Under the pieces are notes generated by a model that made no database searches, was not told the DNA's origin, and saw only the letters and a program-made list of their open reading frames with translations. From Trichosphaerium sp. ATCC 40318 (taxonomy: Eukaryota; Protista; Tubulinea): a stretch of 64,000 bases of DNA. How positions within the stretch are numbered: position 1 is the first letter of the stretch; every line of letters begins with the position of its first letter. The translations under genes were made by a program, and so were the position numbers. The stretch lies in NCBI GenBank assembly GCA_038496445.1, contig JALMLS010000514.1, positions 124,001 to 188,000 on the forward strand, given 5' to 3'. Below, piece after piece: positions 40,640-54,305 of the stretch.

Positions 40640-43600
40640 TCATTCGGCTTCTTTTTTACCTTCCTTTTTGTCACCTGAATCATCCTTTGCAGCGGCAGCA
40701 GCCTTTTTCTTAGCTGCAAAAGCAGCAGCAGCGGCTTCAGCTCTTTCATAACAATCATCGATTTGCTCTTGGTAGTACTTTTTAAGTTGTGGTCTCTTCG
40801 ACTTGAAAGTTGGAGTGATTAGGTCGTTCTCAACGTTAAATGGTTCAGGATCAACGTGAATTGCTCTAACCATTTGGAAACCGTTCAACTAAGTAAAAGG
40901 CATCAGCAAAGAAGGTACTTAAATAAAGAAAACATGAACAAGAAATCCGTACTTTTTCGGCCTTAGCGAGGACATTCATGTCTTTTTGAATAGCATCTCT
41001 GACTTGGTCGAGTTTGCATAAATCTGCAAGTTCACCTTCGAGACCGTTCTTGGCAGCGTATTGTCCAATAACATCTGGGTCAGGGATAACAATAGCAACA
41101 ATACAACTCTAAAAACAAATATAAGTCAAAACAATAAAGGAACCTTGTTTTGGATTCATTCAAACAAAAATGCAAGAAAATCACTACGCACCTTGTAACT
41201 ATCACCGTATACGAAAATTTGTTGAATGAATTGACTGCACAAATAGATACCTTCAATCATCTCAACACTAAACAAACCGTCAAAAAAAAATCATCTACAA
41301 AAAAGCACGTACGCGATGTATTCTCCTTGAGACAATTTGAAGATGTTCTTTTTACGATCAATAATAGTGAGTGTGCCGTTGGCGTTAAGCTAAAATAAAA
41401 ACAATAAGATACACTTCAATGTTAATCAAAATAGACATACACGACCAACATCACCAGTGTGGAACCAACCATCTTCTTCCAAAACCTCAGCGCTAAGAAG
41501 ATGTGAGTATATTAATTTTCTTTCAATAACTTTCGCGCTTCTCAGAAGCTAGTTGAACGCACGTCTTTTCTGGCATTTTGTAGTATCCTTGGAATACACC
41601 AGGTCCTCTAATGCATACCTCACCACGAGGGCATGGCTTATCAGATGAGAGGTAGTTCATGTCAGGTACATCAACCAATTTAATTTCAGTGGAAGGAAGT
41701 GGAGGTCCTACACAGCCAGAACTCCAATCGGCCATATTCTGAATGCAAGAAGCGGCAGAGGTCTCAGTAAGACCGTAACCGTTCAAGAGAGGGCAAGTAA
41801 AGCAGCTAATAAGAGTTTTAGACAAATAGTAAAGGAAGGAATAACTAGCGGAGAAAAACCGCACCATCTCAAGAAATCGTGGACATCGGATTGTAATGGC
41901 GCGGAACCGGTAACAATAACCTTAACACGACCACCAAGGCGAGCCTTCAATTTGTTGAAGACGAGTTTATCCCAGAACATTGAAGATGGGTCGCGGTTTG
42001 ATTGGAGCTTTGCTGTTTTTGTCTTCAAACCAGACTCGAAAAGACTCTGCTTCATGCCACCTAATCGAAAAAATAAGCATTTTAGAAATAACTGCCAAAG
42101 AAAAAACAAAGGGTGACTCTACGCGCGTAGATAACCATTAAAAAATATTCAAGCTTGTAGTCAGCTTTTCAGAATTAATGTTGACATACCTAATTGATCA
42201 AAGGTGTTTCTGATCTTATCGAAGATACGGTTAAACAAACGTGGTACAGAAACGAAAATTGTAGGCATGAGAGCTTGACAATCATCAAGAAGTTTTGTGA
42301 CGTCCTAGAGGAAACAAAACAATCAGAAAAAACAATTATTGTTGTTTACGCCAAAGATGGCTTCTAAAGGTAGAAATACGTACACCACGGTAGAAACCTA
42401 CAGCACCACCTCCTTGGAGGATAGATTGCATAGCTAGACCTTCGAATACGTGAGCTAGAGGCAAGTAGGAAATGTGAACGTCTTGAGGAGTAAAATCGAC
42501 ACCGTGGCTAAAAACACCAGCACAAGCAGCAATGTAAGAAGCGTGTGTGAGCATAACACCCTAAAAGCGTTAGACGAAAATCACCGAATAATACAAAAAC
42601 TGTGTTTGTGGACATATACAATGTCTTTATGTGTTTGGTGCAGTTTCATCGGTTTGTGAATAAAGAAAATCAAAAAAGCAAAACGAAGAATTCTAACTGT
42701 ACCTTTGGGTTTCCAGTTGTACCAGATGTGTAACAGATAGTGTGAAGTGTATCTGGTTTTGGTGGAACAGCCTTTTGAGGGTTCTCTGCACCCTTTTGAT
42801 AAAAGTTAGAGAAAAACGTTCAAATCTCCGTTGAGAATAAAAACGATAGCGGCAATGGGTAATACTTCTACGTACGAGTTTCATAAGCTCATCAAAAGTA
42901 CAAATCTTGATGCTATCAAACTTTGCGCGTTGCTCGTCTGTAATATTGTCCATGCAAATAATTGCTTTGAGGGAAGGACATCCATTACCAATAAGAGGTT
43001 CCAACTAAACAATAAAAAGTGTGAGACATTTCTCATTTTTCGCTTTTACTAACGAATAGCGTACTCTGTCTAGTTTATCAACACTGCAGATAATTATTGG
43101 GATCTCAGCTTGATTTACAATGAATTTTACGGCGTTCTCTCCTTTAGGGGTTTTAAACGTTAGATTTATTTTTAAAAGTGTTTATAATGCTTACCAAGGG
43201 TATCATATAGTGGAGTGCACACAAAAGACTGGTTGTAGCAAGCTTCTTGAGCAATAACCCATTCAGGTCTATTCTTTGCGTAGATGCCTACTTTAGAGTC
43301 CTAACAAACGATAAGCGTTATTTTTCGGGCTCGAAAACAGATTTGGCCTAGGTTGGCAAAAAGCGTACTAACCACAGTAAGGTCAAAGGTGCGAAGTCCA
43401 CTAGCTACCAAAGTAATTTTTGCATCGACTTCTTTGTAGGTTTCGAAAACATAAGGCAAACCTTTGCCATCCTTCTCACCGCGGCTTCCCAAGCATGGGC
43501 GATCAGGAAACAATTTCACAGAGCGCCTAAAAACAATTTTTAAGTTTTTTCAAAGTTTTTTGGTATTTTATGTTGTAACGTACTGCCACAAGTCGTATAG

Positions 43601-43750
43601 AGTTATGACATCGTCATGGAGTGTGGTAATCAGTTTATCTGGGCTCAAAGAGGAGCGCAAAATGCAGGACTCTCCCTCTTTGTCATTCTCAATACGTACA
43701 GATTGTACTTTGAGTTTCTCTTGAGTTTGCTTATGTTGAGCGTTACCCAT
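40640..43750 (-). CDS. Long-chain acyl-CoA synthetase (ACSL/LACS family)
   Basis: [84 protein letters not shown]-terminal MGN suggests myristoylation. Confidence 0.95.
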
Positions 43751-44303
43751 ATTGCTTTTATTGTAAACGGCAAACGAACAAAAAAAATCAAGTTTAAAGA
43801 TGTTGACTACGGTTTTTTAACTGTGACATTTTTGTTCTGAAAATATTCGCAGTCTTTGCCACTACAATTAGAACATAGGCGTGACTATCAATCACTACGT
43901 CGTAGAGCAACAGCATGTACAATTCTACTATTCTAGTATCTCCAAGGTTTAAGAACCTTCTCAAACAGTTAGACCGCGCTAAAAGCATATTGACACACTC
44001 GCCACAAATAGGGTGGAACCTTACACGAACAAGAAGTTTCAAGTGTTAGTGCGTATTCTTGTACATTGGAAAAAAGGAAATGCAATTTGTTAATGTTTAC
44101 ACGTTTGTACTTTGATGAGTTCAGTTTCTTAGCCACAGGTACGAATCTTTGCGCTATTTGTCAACATCTGTAAGTTGACCACCTTTGCTTAGTATGAATT
44201 ATACATTATAGTCCAGTGCTCTGAACAAACAACAAAGAATAACACTGTAGTGAAGTGTGCCATTTTACTCACATATTGCTGTTCAATATTCTATGGTGTA
44301 TCA

Positions 44304-44547
44304 CTGGCTCCGTCATACAGCGGAGTCCGACTCTTACAACTTAATTGCGGCTTGACACTTTGGTGGCATGCGTCACATGACAAACTACAGTTGATGTGCA
44401 TTCAACTGTTCCTAGATGCACAAGGAGTTTGGTGAACCTACGAAAAAAGATAATGCATTCAAATATTATTATTTGTGCTGTACCTACCTTGCCAAGGTAG
44501 GCAGTTTAAGTTATGTGAGTGTATACTCCGCTGTATGACGGAGCCAG
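44304..44547. mobile_element. MITE-like element (~244 bp) with 23-bp perfect terminal inverted repeats
   Basis: ctggctccgtcatacagcggagt (44304-44326) and actccgctgtatgacggagccag (44525-44547); internal hairpin cctaccttg-c-caaggtagg. Confidence 0.75.
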
Positions 44548-45443
44548 GTAACTATGTCAACATAAAAACTAACTATTCGTTCTCGAATTCACTCATTTAC
44601 CAATGATCTTGGCACTGAATTTAAAATTATAGCATAAACTCACTGACATAATGTAGAAGTATGGCATCATTGTGATTCCTGAACTATGTGACACTGCGTA
44701 AATATTTATCGAACCAATAATATCTGTTTGTTTGATACTATTCTTTGGTATTAACACGTCTGATTCCAAAGCCTAACAGAATCCTCGTAAACAAAACTCC
44801 TATTTTGTAATCTATTCGCGTATCTTTACTAGCGGCTGACACTAGCACCTACCTATGGTAGAAAAAGTGGTCTCGCAGCATTCAAATAGTATTTCGCGAG
44901 TAAAGCAGTTATAATAACGTAAGAATCTCCCCAAAACACTACCAACGCGCTGCAGGATTTGTAAACGCCTCCTTGTCAAATATGTAAATAAATATTTTGT
45001 GTCACGTGGATGAAGTGATCTAACGGAAACTCCGTTTCGGTAGTACCAGCGCCGCAAGTGTTGATTGCCTTGTAAATTCATAAAACTTAACTGTTAAATA
45101 AACCTTTAGTTAACCACGTGGGTTTGAAAGGCAAGAATCGCAAAAATTATCTTGTTGACAGCGACCTGTCCTCTAGAGATGTACTGACGTTTGAGAGATA
45201 TCTAGATAATTGTGTAGTTTATCTAAACATTTGTGAATTATTTTAAAATACCTAGATACTCGCGAAGTAAAAAAGTTATGTTCGAAACAGCTATATTTGA
45301 AATAAGGTCCGCTTTAACGCGGGTGCCTTTTGAAAACGTTTGTTTTATTCTCTATATACTTGTGAATTGTAAACAAGCACATGTTACGTATTTGTTTATC
45401 GGAGTTTTGTGAAGGCATTCTTTTATCATTTCGTATCATTACA

Positions 45444-48400
45444 ATGATTAGCAACACGTCACCAATTGTATTAGTACTAATAATCGCAACTCTATTCGCT
45501 TCATGTATTTCGTCTTCATGCACAGGAGCAGACCTTACAGTAAGATCGCTAGATGGCTTCTGTAACAGCCTCACGAACCCAGAAATCGGTCGTACTGAAA
45601 CCGTATTCTACCGGACTCGTGAAGGAGCAGCTTACAATGATACATCACCTCCTTACGAGACAGCGATACTTGAAGGACGTCCTAGAGTAAGAGATGTAAC
45701 CCTAGCACTTCTAGGCAAACCACAAAACCCAAGAGCACAAAAGACAATGAAAAGATTGTCACTTTATCACTCTTTCTTTGGGCAGTTCATTATGCATGAT
45801 TTGAGTCTCGTACGTAATCTTTAGTTACTTATTTTAATCACGTTTATTTTGAGAAATCACTGTGTGATCTTTTTGAAGTTAAATTATTTTTGTTTAGACA
45901 GCTGACCTTGATCCGCCTAATGATCCTTTTCGTAATGACACAATGGATACTTTGATCCTACGTGATGATGATCCTCTCCTCTTCTTACGTACGTTTACCC
46001 TTATACACATTCCCCGGTTTAACACACTTGTACCTCGTGTTTGTATTTTTGGGCGGAGTTGAAACGGAGAAAAGATAAAAAGTGATTAACGATAATCTCA
46101 TTTTTTAGTTTGTCATTACTCTTGCTCTGGGTCAACTCCGGCATTTTAGCAATTGGTGTTAATCGTTTCTTCTACTGTGTTACTTACTTGTATTTGTGTG
46201 AAGCGTTCCCACCATTCAGAAGAAAGGCTAGTATAAGGTTTAAAACACCTATTGGTATATCAAGATCACGAGTCGAATATGTTAATGACGTAAGAGAACC
46301 AATAAACCAGCAGACACATTTCCTTGACCTCTCAACTGTTTATTGGCGTAATACAACGTACATGGATGCCTTCAGAACAAGTACGCAGACCAGTCTACCA
46401 AGTCAGCAGTGACCCTATCCTATTGTTTTCTGCTGCCTCTAAGCAAGCTTTTAGAAAGTGGAGGAGAGTTGATTATAGAAGATCACGTGTGGGTATCTGC
46501 TTATAACCCTGATGATCCAAGAAACGGTACTAGGAATCCAGAGAGAAGAAAGATATTCAACACTCTTCCAAAAATCCTAACAACACGTAAATACGATCAA
46601 TCCTTTTGCTTGGTTTTGTTCTAACTTAGGTTTTGTTTAGAGACTCCTAATGAAGCCAGAGCACATCAAAATGACCCTCGAGAGACAATATTTGCTAGTG
46701 CTGACGAAAGAAGCTCAACAATACAAGGCCTAAACTCTGTACATCATCTTATGCACCTAGAACACAATAGAATCGCAAAGGATCAACAAGCAAAGGTGAG
46801 TCTACTAGCGTGAGAAAATAAATCATATATGCTAACAATGCTATAGCATCCTTCTTGGACTGATGAACAGCTGTTCCAAAAAGCAAGAGCAATAAACATA
46901 GCGCAGTACCAACACATTGTTTACAACGAGTGGTTGCCTAAACTTGTTGGAGACTATCAAATGGCAAGATACCTTGGGTACAAGATTATTACGTTTGGTT
47001 TTGTTTGACTTACGTTGCAAAGAAAATGGAAAGGATACAAACCTTCGGTTGATCCACGAGTTTCAATTCTTATGACAGCTGTTTCCGGTCGCTATGGGCA
47101 TTCTACTGTCCTTGACTTGACACCTACTTATGACAAGTGTGGTAACCTCGATAGTACGCTTGGTTGGGGAGGTGTTCTGATCCAAGGAACAGCTAACGGA
47201 GGACCAATGTTCCCATTAAGAATGGTACTTGTTTTGCTTCTTTTTTTTCTTTTTATTTTCTTGTTCTATTCACAGTTGCTTTCAAAGGTTTGTGCTGCTG
47301 GAAGTTTTGACAACATGGTACGCTCTCTCATGTATACGCCTATAGAGGAAATAGATCATATGGTATCGGATATATTGAGAAACTTTAATATTCCATTAGA
47401 CTTCGTTGTTGGCGCTGGTACAATAACTTTTGAAAACGAGCAAATACAATGTTTGACCTTCTAACTTTTTTTTTGATTAACAGATATCGTATCCTTAAAT
47501 ATGGCTCGTGCACGTGATAATGGTATACCTGATTTTGAGACAGTATACAAGAACTGGAATCCGTTGAAACCTGGAACAAAGAGTTTGTATGATAGCTGTC
47601 ATTCAACTCCACTATCTGAAGTTGATGATTTGGCTTGTTTCGAATCATGGCTTGAGCAATTTCCTGATGTCCCAAACTTGGCCACCAATACTAGAAATGT
47701 ACGTCACATTGACATAACAAAGTAATTGTATCCTCTAATACTATTGGTAAGGTATACAAAAAGCTGACTGCTTTGGATCCTTGGTTCAGTTTTATGGCTG
47801 AAAAGAAAGAACCTGGATCGAACTTGGGTCGTACAACATCAAGAGTGATTATTGATCAATTCAGACGTCTTAGAGATGGCGATAGGTTCTGGTATGAGAA
47901 TCTACCTTCTCTTGGTAACATGCCAGGTGTCAATGAACCAGGTCTTACACCACGTATGTTAAAGTCAATACATCTTTTTATTATGTCCTCTTATTTTGTT
48001 GTAGAGGAACTTGAAGAAGTTCGCCAAGTTACCATGTCTAAAATTATCGAACAGTTAACTGATGGGCCTGCACCAGCGGATGCATTTTCAGCACCACTTT
48101 CTGGAGACGCTTCATGCGCAACAGTACCAAGCATTCGACTATTGAATGGAACAAATGTATTGAAGGAGGCTTTGTTCAGCGGAAACATTATCAATGTGAC
48201 TGATGTTCAATCAACAAGTCTAACCCTTGAAGCATCTATTGTAGGTCCAGTTGGATCAGTAGCATTTGATATTAGCGGTGTTGGATCACCACTGTCAGTG
48301 TACGCTTTGACTTTTGTTTTCATTGTCGTTTTCTTCAAACTCTGATATTTTTGTTCTCATAGAATCGCGAATGTACCTGCGAGTGTGTCGTTGCCATTGA

Positions 48401-48543
48401 GTGCAAATCCAATCTGTGACTCTCAAAATAGTCAAGTTGAGCTAACTATTGTTTCAACACCTTTCAGTCAATCAAATGGATTAGGTGATTCTGGTTTCCC
48501 TCTCAGAACTGTCATAACAATCGTAGGGAACCATCAATGCTAA
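45444..48543 (+). CDS. Secreted heme peroxidase of the peroxidase-cyclooxygenase superfamily (peroxinectin-like) with extra C-terminal beta module
   Basis: [87 protein letters not shown]. Confidence 0.92.
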
Positions 48544-48978
48544 TCACACTCATACCTCCTTGCGGATTAGCAACCATAAATTAATCAGAAAAAAAACTAA
48601 TACTGTATAAATGGAAGTACCCAGTTTAGCACTTATATGTTAAACTATGAATGCTTCAATAAATTAGTAATACTCAACATAAGTCGACTTCACTTTAATT
48701 TGCTAAAAAAAAGGATGGATTAATGAATACTTTAGGAATCACACTTTTGGCAAGAAGGCTCCGTACTCGATTGCCTCTAATAATCCACATGCATCAATTT
48801 ATGATGGTTTTCGGGTGGTTAAGTCACAAACAAAATTTAGTACAATCACATGTTTTGTCAAACAGCTCAAGCCGTTTAATGAATTACCTCAGTTCTCGTA
48901 CACGTATGGGATCAAAATCGAGTACTAAAGGTATTGACAAAGCCTTAACAAGGCTAAAACCCTTTCAAAGTGATTCCA

Positions 48979-50360
48979 ATGCATGTTTTAGGTAGTTCTA
49001 CGTTACAATCGATTGATTTATCAGAATTACCACCAGAATTGCTGTATAATCTATTACCTTACGTATACACGCTCGAGGATAAGATATCAGGGCTTCTTGT
49101 ATGCTCACAATGGCATAAAGTGATTATAGAAACAACGATATGTTTAGACGCCTCTTCGCTCGTTGATTTCACAATGAAACAACTGCTCGCTGTGTTTTCC
49201 GTTTTCCACAAGATCTCAAGTCTCACAGTACGACAATTATCCACAGCGATCTTAAGTTTATTTCTAACTTGCTGAACGTCAAGTTTTACGATTGTGAGAT
49301 GAATGGTAGAACACAGAATCAAATTGGTAAGTTTCGGTTTTTTTTTTCTTCAAAATCACGTGATAACAAAAGGTGTTACTAGGTGAAGCTATTATGAAAG
49401 GAAAACTTGGAATGATTGATATTGACCACTCAGAGTACAGGAAAATTGTCAGAGTAGGCCTTCCTCATCCAGGAGTAGACACCATGTCCTTGTTTAAGGA
49501 ACAAGTGAATTGTATGTGAATTTTTTGAGCCTTTGGGTTTGTATTCTCGTCTTTATTATCACGTACTAAAACGTTTACATAGTAATCCGGGGAAAGAAAT
49601 ATACGCCTATAACATGCGTTAAGTTTTTGAACTGTAATATTGGGAATTGGGGAGGTACATCATAAAGCTTTTTGTTATTATTTCGGAAATTTAACTATGT
49701 ACTAGGGTGCATGCCTGGAGGTATTATGGGGACTATGGCGCTATTAAGGGTTATAAAAAATAACACACCTGTATTCAAGTTGGTAATAGATAATTGTAAT
49801 GGTCCTGGGTTAATGTACTTTAAAGAAGGTACAATTTCATTTTATGAACAAAAAACTTAACACACGTTTATTTTGTTTTAGGCCTACAGTACACATTACA
49901 TATGCTACCAAAGTTCGAAGTAGTATTGAATAACTTTGATATATCTTTAAAAAGACTTGAAGGTACAAACAAACTATATCACGTGTTTTATTTATGAGCA
50001 AAATCTTCAAAAATTGCTTTTTATTGGTAACATACTAAATCTATCAAAGATGCCTTAGTTTATCCATCCATCACATCTTTTGACGCTTCTGGAACCCCCG
50101 CTTTAGAGGAATTATTAGAAAGGGAAGAAATATTACCAGGGATGAGTGAGGAAGACCTAGAAAAGAAGAAAATTGAAATTGAATCGCGTATTCCGAAGAA
50201 TATAGAATCTTCTGCAACCAAAGAAGACATCAAAGCAATAAATATCGCACGTGTGGTTTTATTTGCTATTAAAAAACGCATACAAAATTAAGAATTAGAG
50301 ATTTCTAGAAACCCAAAGCTTCAACTATGAACGCAGATAATTTGTACAGAAAATATTGAA
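48979..50360 (+). CDS. F-box protein with divergent LRR-like region (multi-exon, apparent frameshift)
   Basis: 'LSELPPELLYNLLPYV..EDKISGLLVCSQWH'. Later exons have 'KLVIDNCNG', 'ITSFDASGT' LRR-like units. Confidence 0.65.
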
Positions 50361-50699
50361 CAAAATAAAAACGCATCTTAGACCAATCCCTCAATTCCAA
50401 CAAAAAGCAGCGAAAGACGATCTGGGAGGAAAAGGAACGCGCTATCCCTGACTGATAGCTCTGGCGTAAAGGGAGTGTGTGGACTTGATCCAACAACGAC
50501 AAACGACCAAACAGCCTATGCAAGAAATCACGTCTAAAAATAAAAACGGTTCAACCAATACTGCCACTAATGTGTTAATAAGTGTCTTACATATTTTAAT
50601 GACATCATTCGTTGCAATATTGACGTTGATTCGTTGCACAGCTACTCTAATTAACACGTGATTACACTAACAGTGGACAACAGTTATTTAAAATTTGTC

Positions 50700-51900
50700 A
50701 ATTAATGGGAAAACGTACAAAAAACACAGTGTCAAGTTGTAGCAAAGTGTCGGCGTGTAAAAGTATCTGGCAATTATTTTAGAAGAAAGGAGACGGAGCA
50801 ATTAGCGTTTTACTTACCTGGGAGAGTACACAACGTTCCGACAAATGAAAAATTCACATAATGTAATTTCTGCAAGCTTCAAGGTATGTCAGATGCGACA
50901 ATCGCTTGCTGTAATTCATGCGAACCAAAACAAAAAGTGAAAGTTCTAGTGAACCGCTACGCTCGAATTCGGTTGCACGAATGTCATTGAGCAATATTTA
51001 AGTAGTGGAATGCTCAAAGGTTGCTATTTCGCTAAAAAAGACCACCAAGCTGATATCAGCGAATGTTGCACTTGGAACACGCAGGGATGATCTAAGACGC
51101 CTATTATATTATACTTACCGTTGCCAGTGTGGACTAGTAGTTTTGAACGTTGTTGAAAGTACGTAGGGCATCTTGTGTTGCAACTACTTATGTGAATATG
51201 AATAACGCACTTGTACTAAGAGCCACTATCGACAGCATTGAAATCTGGTACGCTTTTTGACTACCCTGACTTCATTGCCAAAAATGAGACTAAGCGCACG
51301 CGTCGTAGTGCTTGGTACGTCCATTTGCAATGTCTTCAAGAGGATGATAGTGTTGTTTCGCTAGAAGACTCTGAAAAGGCTGGGGTACTTTAAATAACGT
51401 CTCCATCGCGAAGGTAGCAATAAAAATGGTATACTAACGTATTTGGTAGATTAGCTAACTAATCAGACGTTGCACTTCTCCGACGCTAGTTTGAAGGCTA
51501 AGCAAGTATTTACGCTCAATGCATTGCTTTGTATGCAAGAAAGGTGCAAAGATATCTTTTAGGGGTTTATTCGGACAAAAGTCAATTTGAGTTCAAACGA
51601 CCTATTAATGATGCCATTAGGTTTAGCCTAAACAAGTGTTGTGTCAGAGATAACTTCCAGAGGTCCTAGATCTAGAATGTTCGAAATAGAAACCTTCATG
51701 CACAGCCAAGATGCAACTCGTATTGTGAGCTACAATAGAAAACAAGCAAACTGGGATATTGCACGTGCAAAAAAAAAAAATCTACGGGAAATCAGATTCA
51801 CCTACCTACCGAAAATAAATTCTTTTAGTTCATTCGCCAAACTGGTGTATGTAAGAACATGCACAGGAAAAATTAACGCGTAGGAGTTATTTCTAAACAT
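50700..51900 (+). pseudogene. Heavily decayed ORF remnant, possibly Cys-cluster (KDZ/CxC-type) transposase
   Basis: Broken frames give 'YYTYRCQCG', 'YVNMNNALVL', 'RRSAWYVHLQCL', 'LHFSDASL'. Many stops. Confidence 0.2.
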
Positions 51901-52594
51901 ACGTAAAAATTCCAATAAAGGCAAAGTCCGAATTTACTTACAAAAGAGCGGAATTATTTAACTGTCCGGTCATGTCCTATCCTTAAATATTCACTCCAAA
52001 GGGAGATATAATTATGAAAAATACGTTATATTGGTTTATATACAATTTACATTTTATATACAGAACGTTCAGGTGCAATAACTTACTGTTCATGAAAACT
52101 GTGGTAGGTAATTACAGAAAAAAAATACAACTCTCGCTCGCTATTTACTTTCATTTCATGTTTGTTCGATATACAACTACTCTAATGAAATTCTACTATT
52201 AAAATATTTAAATACTAGTTAGGTGCAAATATGGAGATGATGTTTGCATCATGTATACGCGTGTATCTTCTTCTCTTTTTGTTTTTTTTTTGAAGATTTA
52301 AATAATCTATCGGAACTCTTCGGAATCCCCTCTTTTATCTTCATGTTTTCACTCATAGTGTGATGGTAATCTGCTAGCGCTTAAATATTCATTTGTAACG
52401 TGACACAAGAATTGTACGTTCATTTTTCGCAACTTATTTTCCCGTCTATAAATCGTTTGTATATTTCTTCTTTTCATAACACAAGATACCGATTTTGTGT
52501 TTGTTCCCCTATTGGATTCCCTTTCCTTTTTTCTAGCAATATAACGTTAGAATTCATAGACTGATACATATATAACAAAGGCCCGAGTAAGGCA

Positions 52595-53083
52595 AAAACT
52601 ATCCAGTTAGTGTTGTGCAATTAAAAAAACACTCTTTGATTTTTGTACAAGGTTGTGTAGGTAGGTCTATAAAGCGTACATGAACGATGTAAGTAAGACG
52701 TTCTTTTTAGGCAATAGGTAAGCTCTACTAACCTTAGAGTCAGAGCTTCCTTTAACAATAAAGGGGAGACCATGGTTATGCGTATTTGTGTATGTAACGC
52801 GTCTGCAATGTAAGTTAGGGTTTTTTTACCATTTTTAACGTTTACTGTACTTATTAATTTCGTTTTGTTGCTGTATATGCTTCTTTGCGCGACAGGTTTT
52901 CGTAGAGCACTGGTAATAGAACCTATAGAATTTTGCCCCTTTTGTCATCTTCCTTCCCGTCTGATGCCACCGGAAACCGTCTTCGCTTGTAGGTACATGT
53001 ACCGGAAGTGTTTTGGTTACTTTATAGCTCCAACAAGATTGCATAGACGTTGCGAATGTCTCACGTGTTTCTAAACTTACCAT
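52595..53083 (-). CDS. WRKY-domain protein with variant heptapeptide WHQTGRK; 3' end uncertain
   Basis: EDGFRWHQTGRKMTKGAKFYRFYYQCSTKTCRAKKHIQ..(intron ~52804-52851)..RVTYTNTHNH gives C-X4-C-X21-H-X-H. Confidence 0.8.
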
Positions 53084-53756
53084 ATTTGGAGCGCTAACGG
53101 TAAGTAAAACGTAAGGTGCGAATATAGCACTAACTTGCTATTTATAGGGCTATACTTTAGTCTACTGTTACAATAATGATTACATTGTGTAACATATGTA
53201 AAGTTGATTCGTATGCGAGATTTCCGGCACTTTAAACTATGTTCGGAGTATTATGTCTATCTTCGTGAATTCGTCGATTTACAATGATTTCTCATGAGTA
53301 CCTCGTTGGTGTCTTGGATGCTAAAGGCCGTTTGAGCGGTATTATAGCAAAAGCATAAGTAAGTCGCTCACCTTGCACTCGTTTAACTCAAAACTACATG
53401 GTACAATTGTGGCAAGCTAAGAAGTCATCTGAACGAAACTTCCAAGAAAATTCCACCTAAATTAGGTTACAGTTAGGTATATCCATCATTTCCTTGAAAA
53501 CACTTGTTTTTTAGCCAAACACGAATTTCAAATATGTTGTCAAACGTTTAGAAAATCAATAGAGCCGCTTGTTGAGGTAATAGAATATACCAAAATTGGT
53601 ATTAGCCATCTGATTATGACCGCAGGATACTAGCTAGCTTGTCATAAAATCATAGCTGTTATGTGAAGGCGCTGAACAAACAATGAGAATAAAAGAAGAA
53701 CTTAACAATCAAAACGAAAAGAAGACGTGGCTTGAATCTTTATCAGGAGAGTACAC

Positions 53757-54008
53757 ATGATAAACTTGAGCTATTGTAAAGGTGTAACCGATAATGGATT
53801 GAAATCACTTGCTGGAGTGCATACTATTCACTTATCTGATTGTAGTGACATCACAGGTGAAGGTGTCATTCATCTTGCTGGTGTACATAAGATATCGTTG
53901 AATAGATGTTACAAGAGAACAGATAAAGGTGTCAAAGCCCTTGCTGGTGTTCATACAATAGATCTTTGTTTCTGTTCTCTTGTAACAGATGAAGGGATAT
54001 CATCTTAA
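53757..54008 (+). pseudogene. Truncated LRR gene fragment (25-aa 'LAGVHTI.L..C..VTD.G' repeats)
   Basis: About three and a half cysteine-containing LRR units; ends in a frameshift. Confidence 0.7.
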
Positions 54009-54305
54009 AGGTGTTTTTGAAATTTGGATTGATCGCCTTTTGAACTTGTACTTTGCTACTTTCGGAGCTTCAATATCATCAAGTACTAATAAGCGTAGAT
54101 AAGTGCAATGCGTATGTATCAGTACTTACAGGAAAAGCGCATGATTCTAGACAACGAATCCACACAAGCCAAACAAACTATCCAGCTTACCTATACGTGC
54201 GTTACCTCTAACAATAACTGTCTTGGAGAAAAGTCAGCTTTTTGTAAGAATTTATTTGAACATTTAAAATTTATCACGTGCTATCAAACAAAAAACACTT
54301 ACCTT

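Noticed and set aside
50247-50307. A further GCACGTG GC-AG intron in the F-box/LRR gene
   Set aside because: The frame can simply terminate without splicing, so the GC donor is not required.
50811-50826. TACTTACCTGG resembling the U1 snRNA 5' end
   Set aside because: No U1 stem-loops or Sm site follow; it is equally the reverse complement of a donor consensus.
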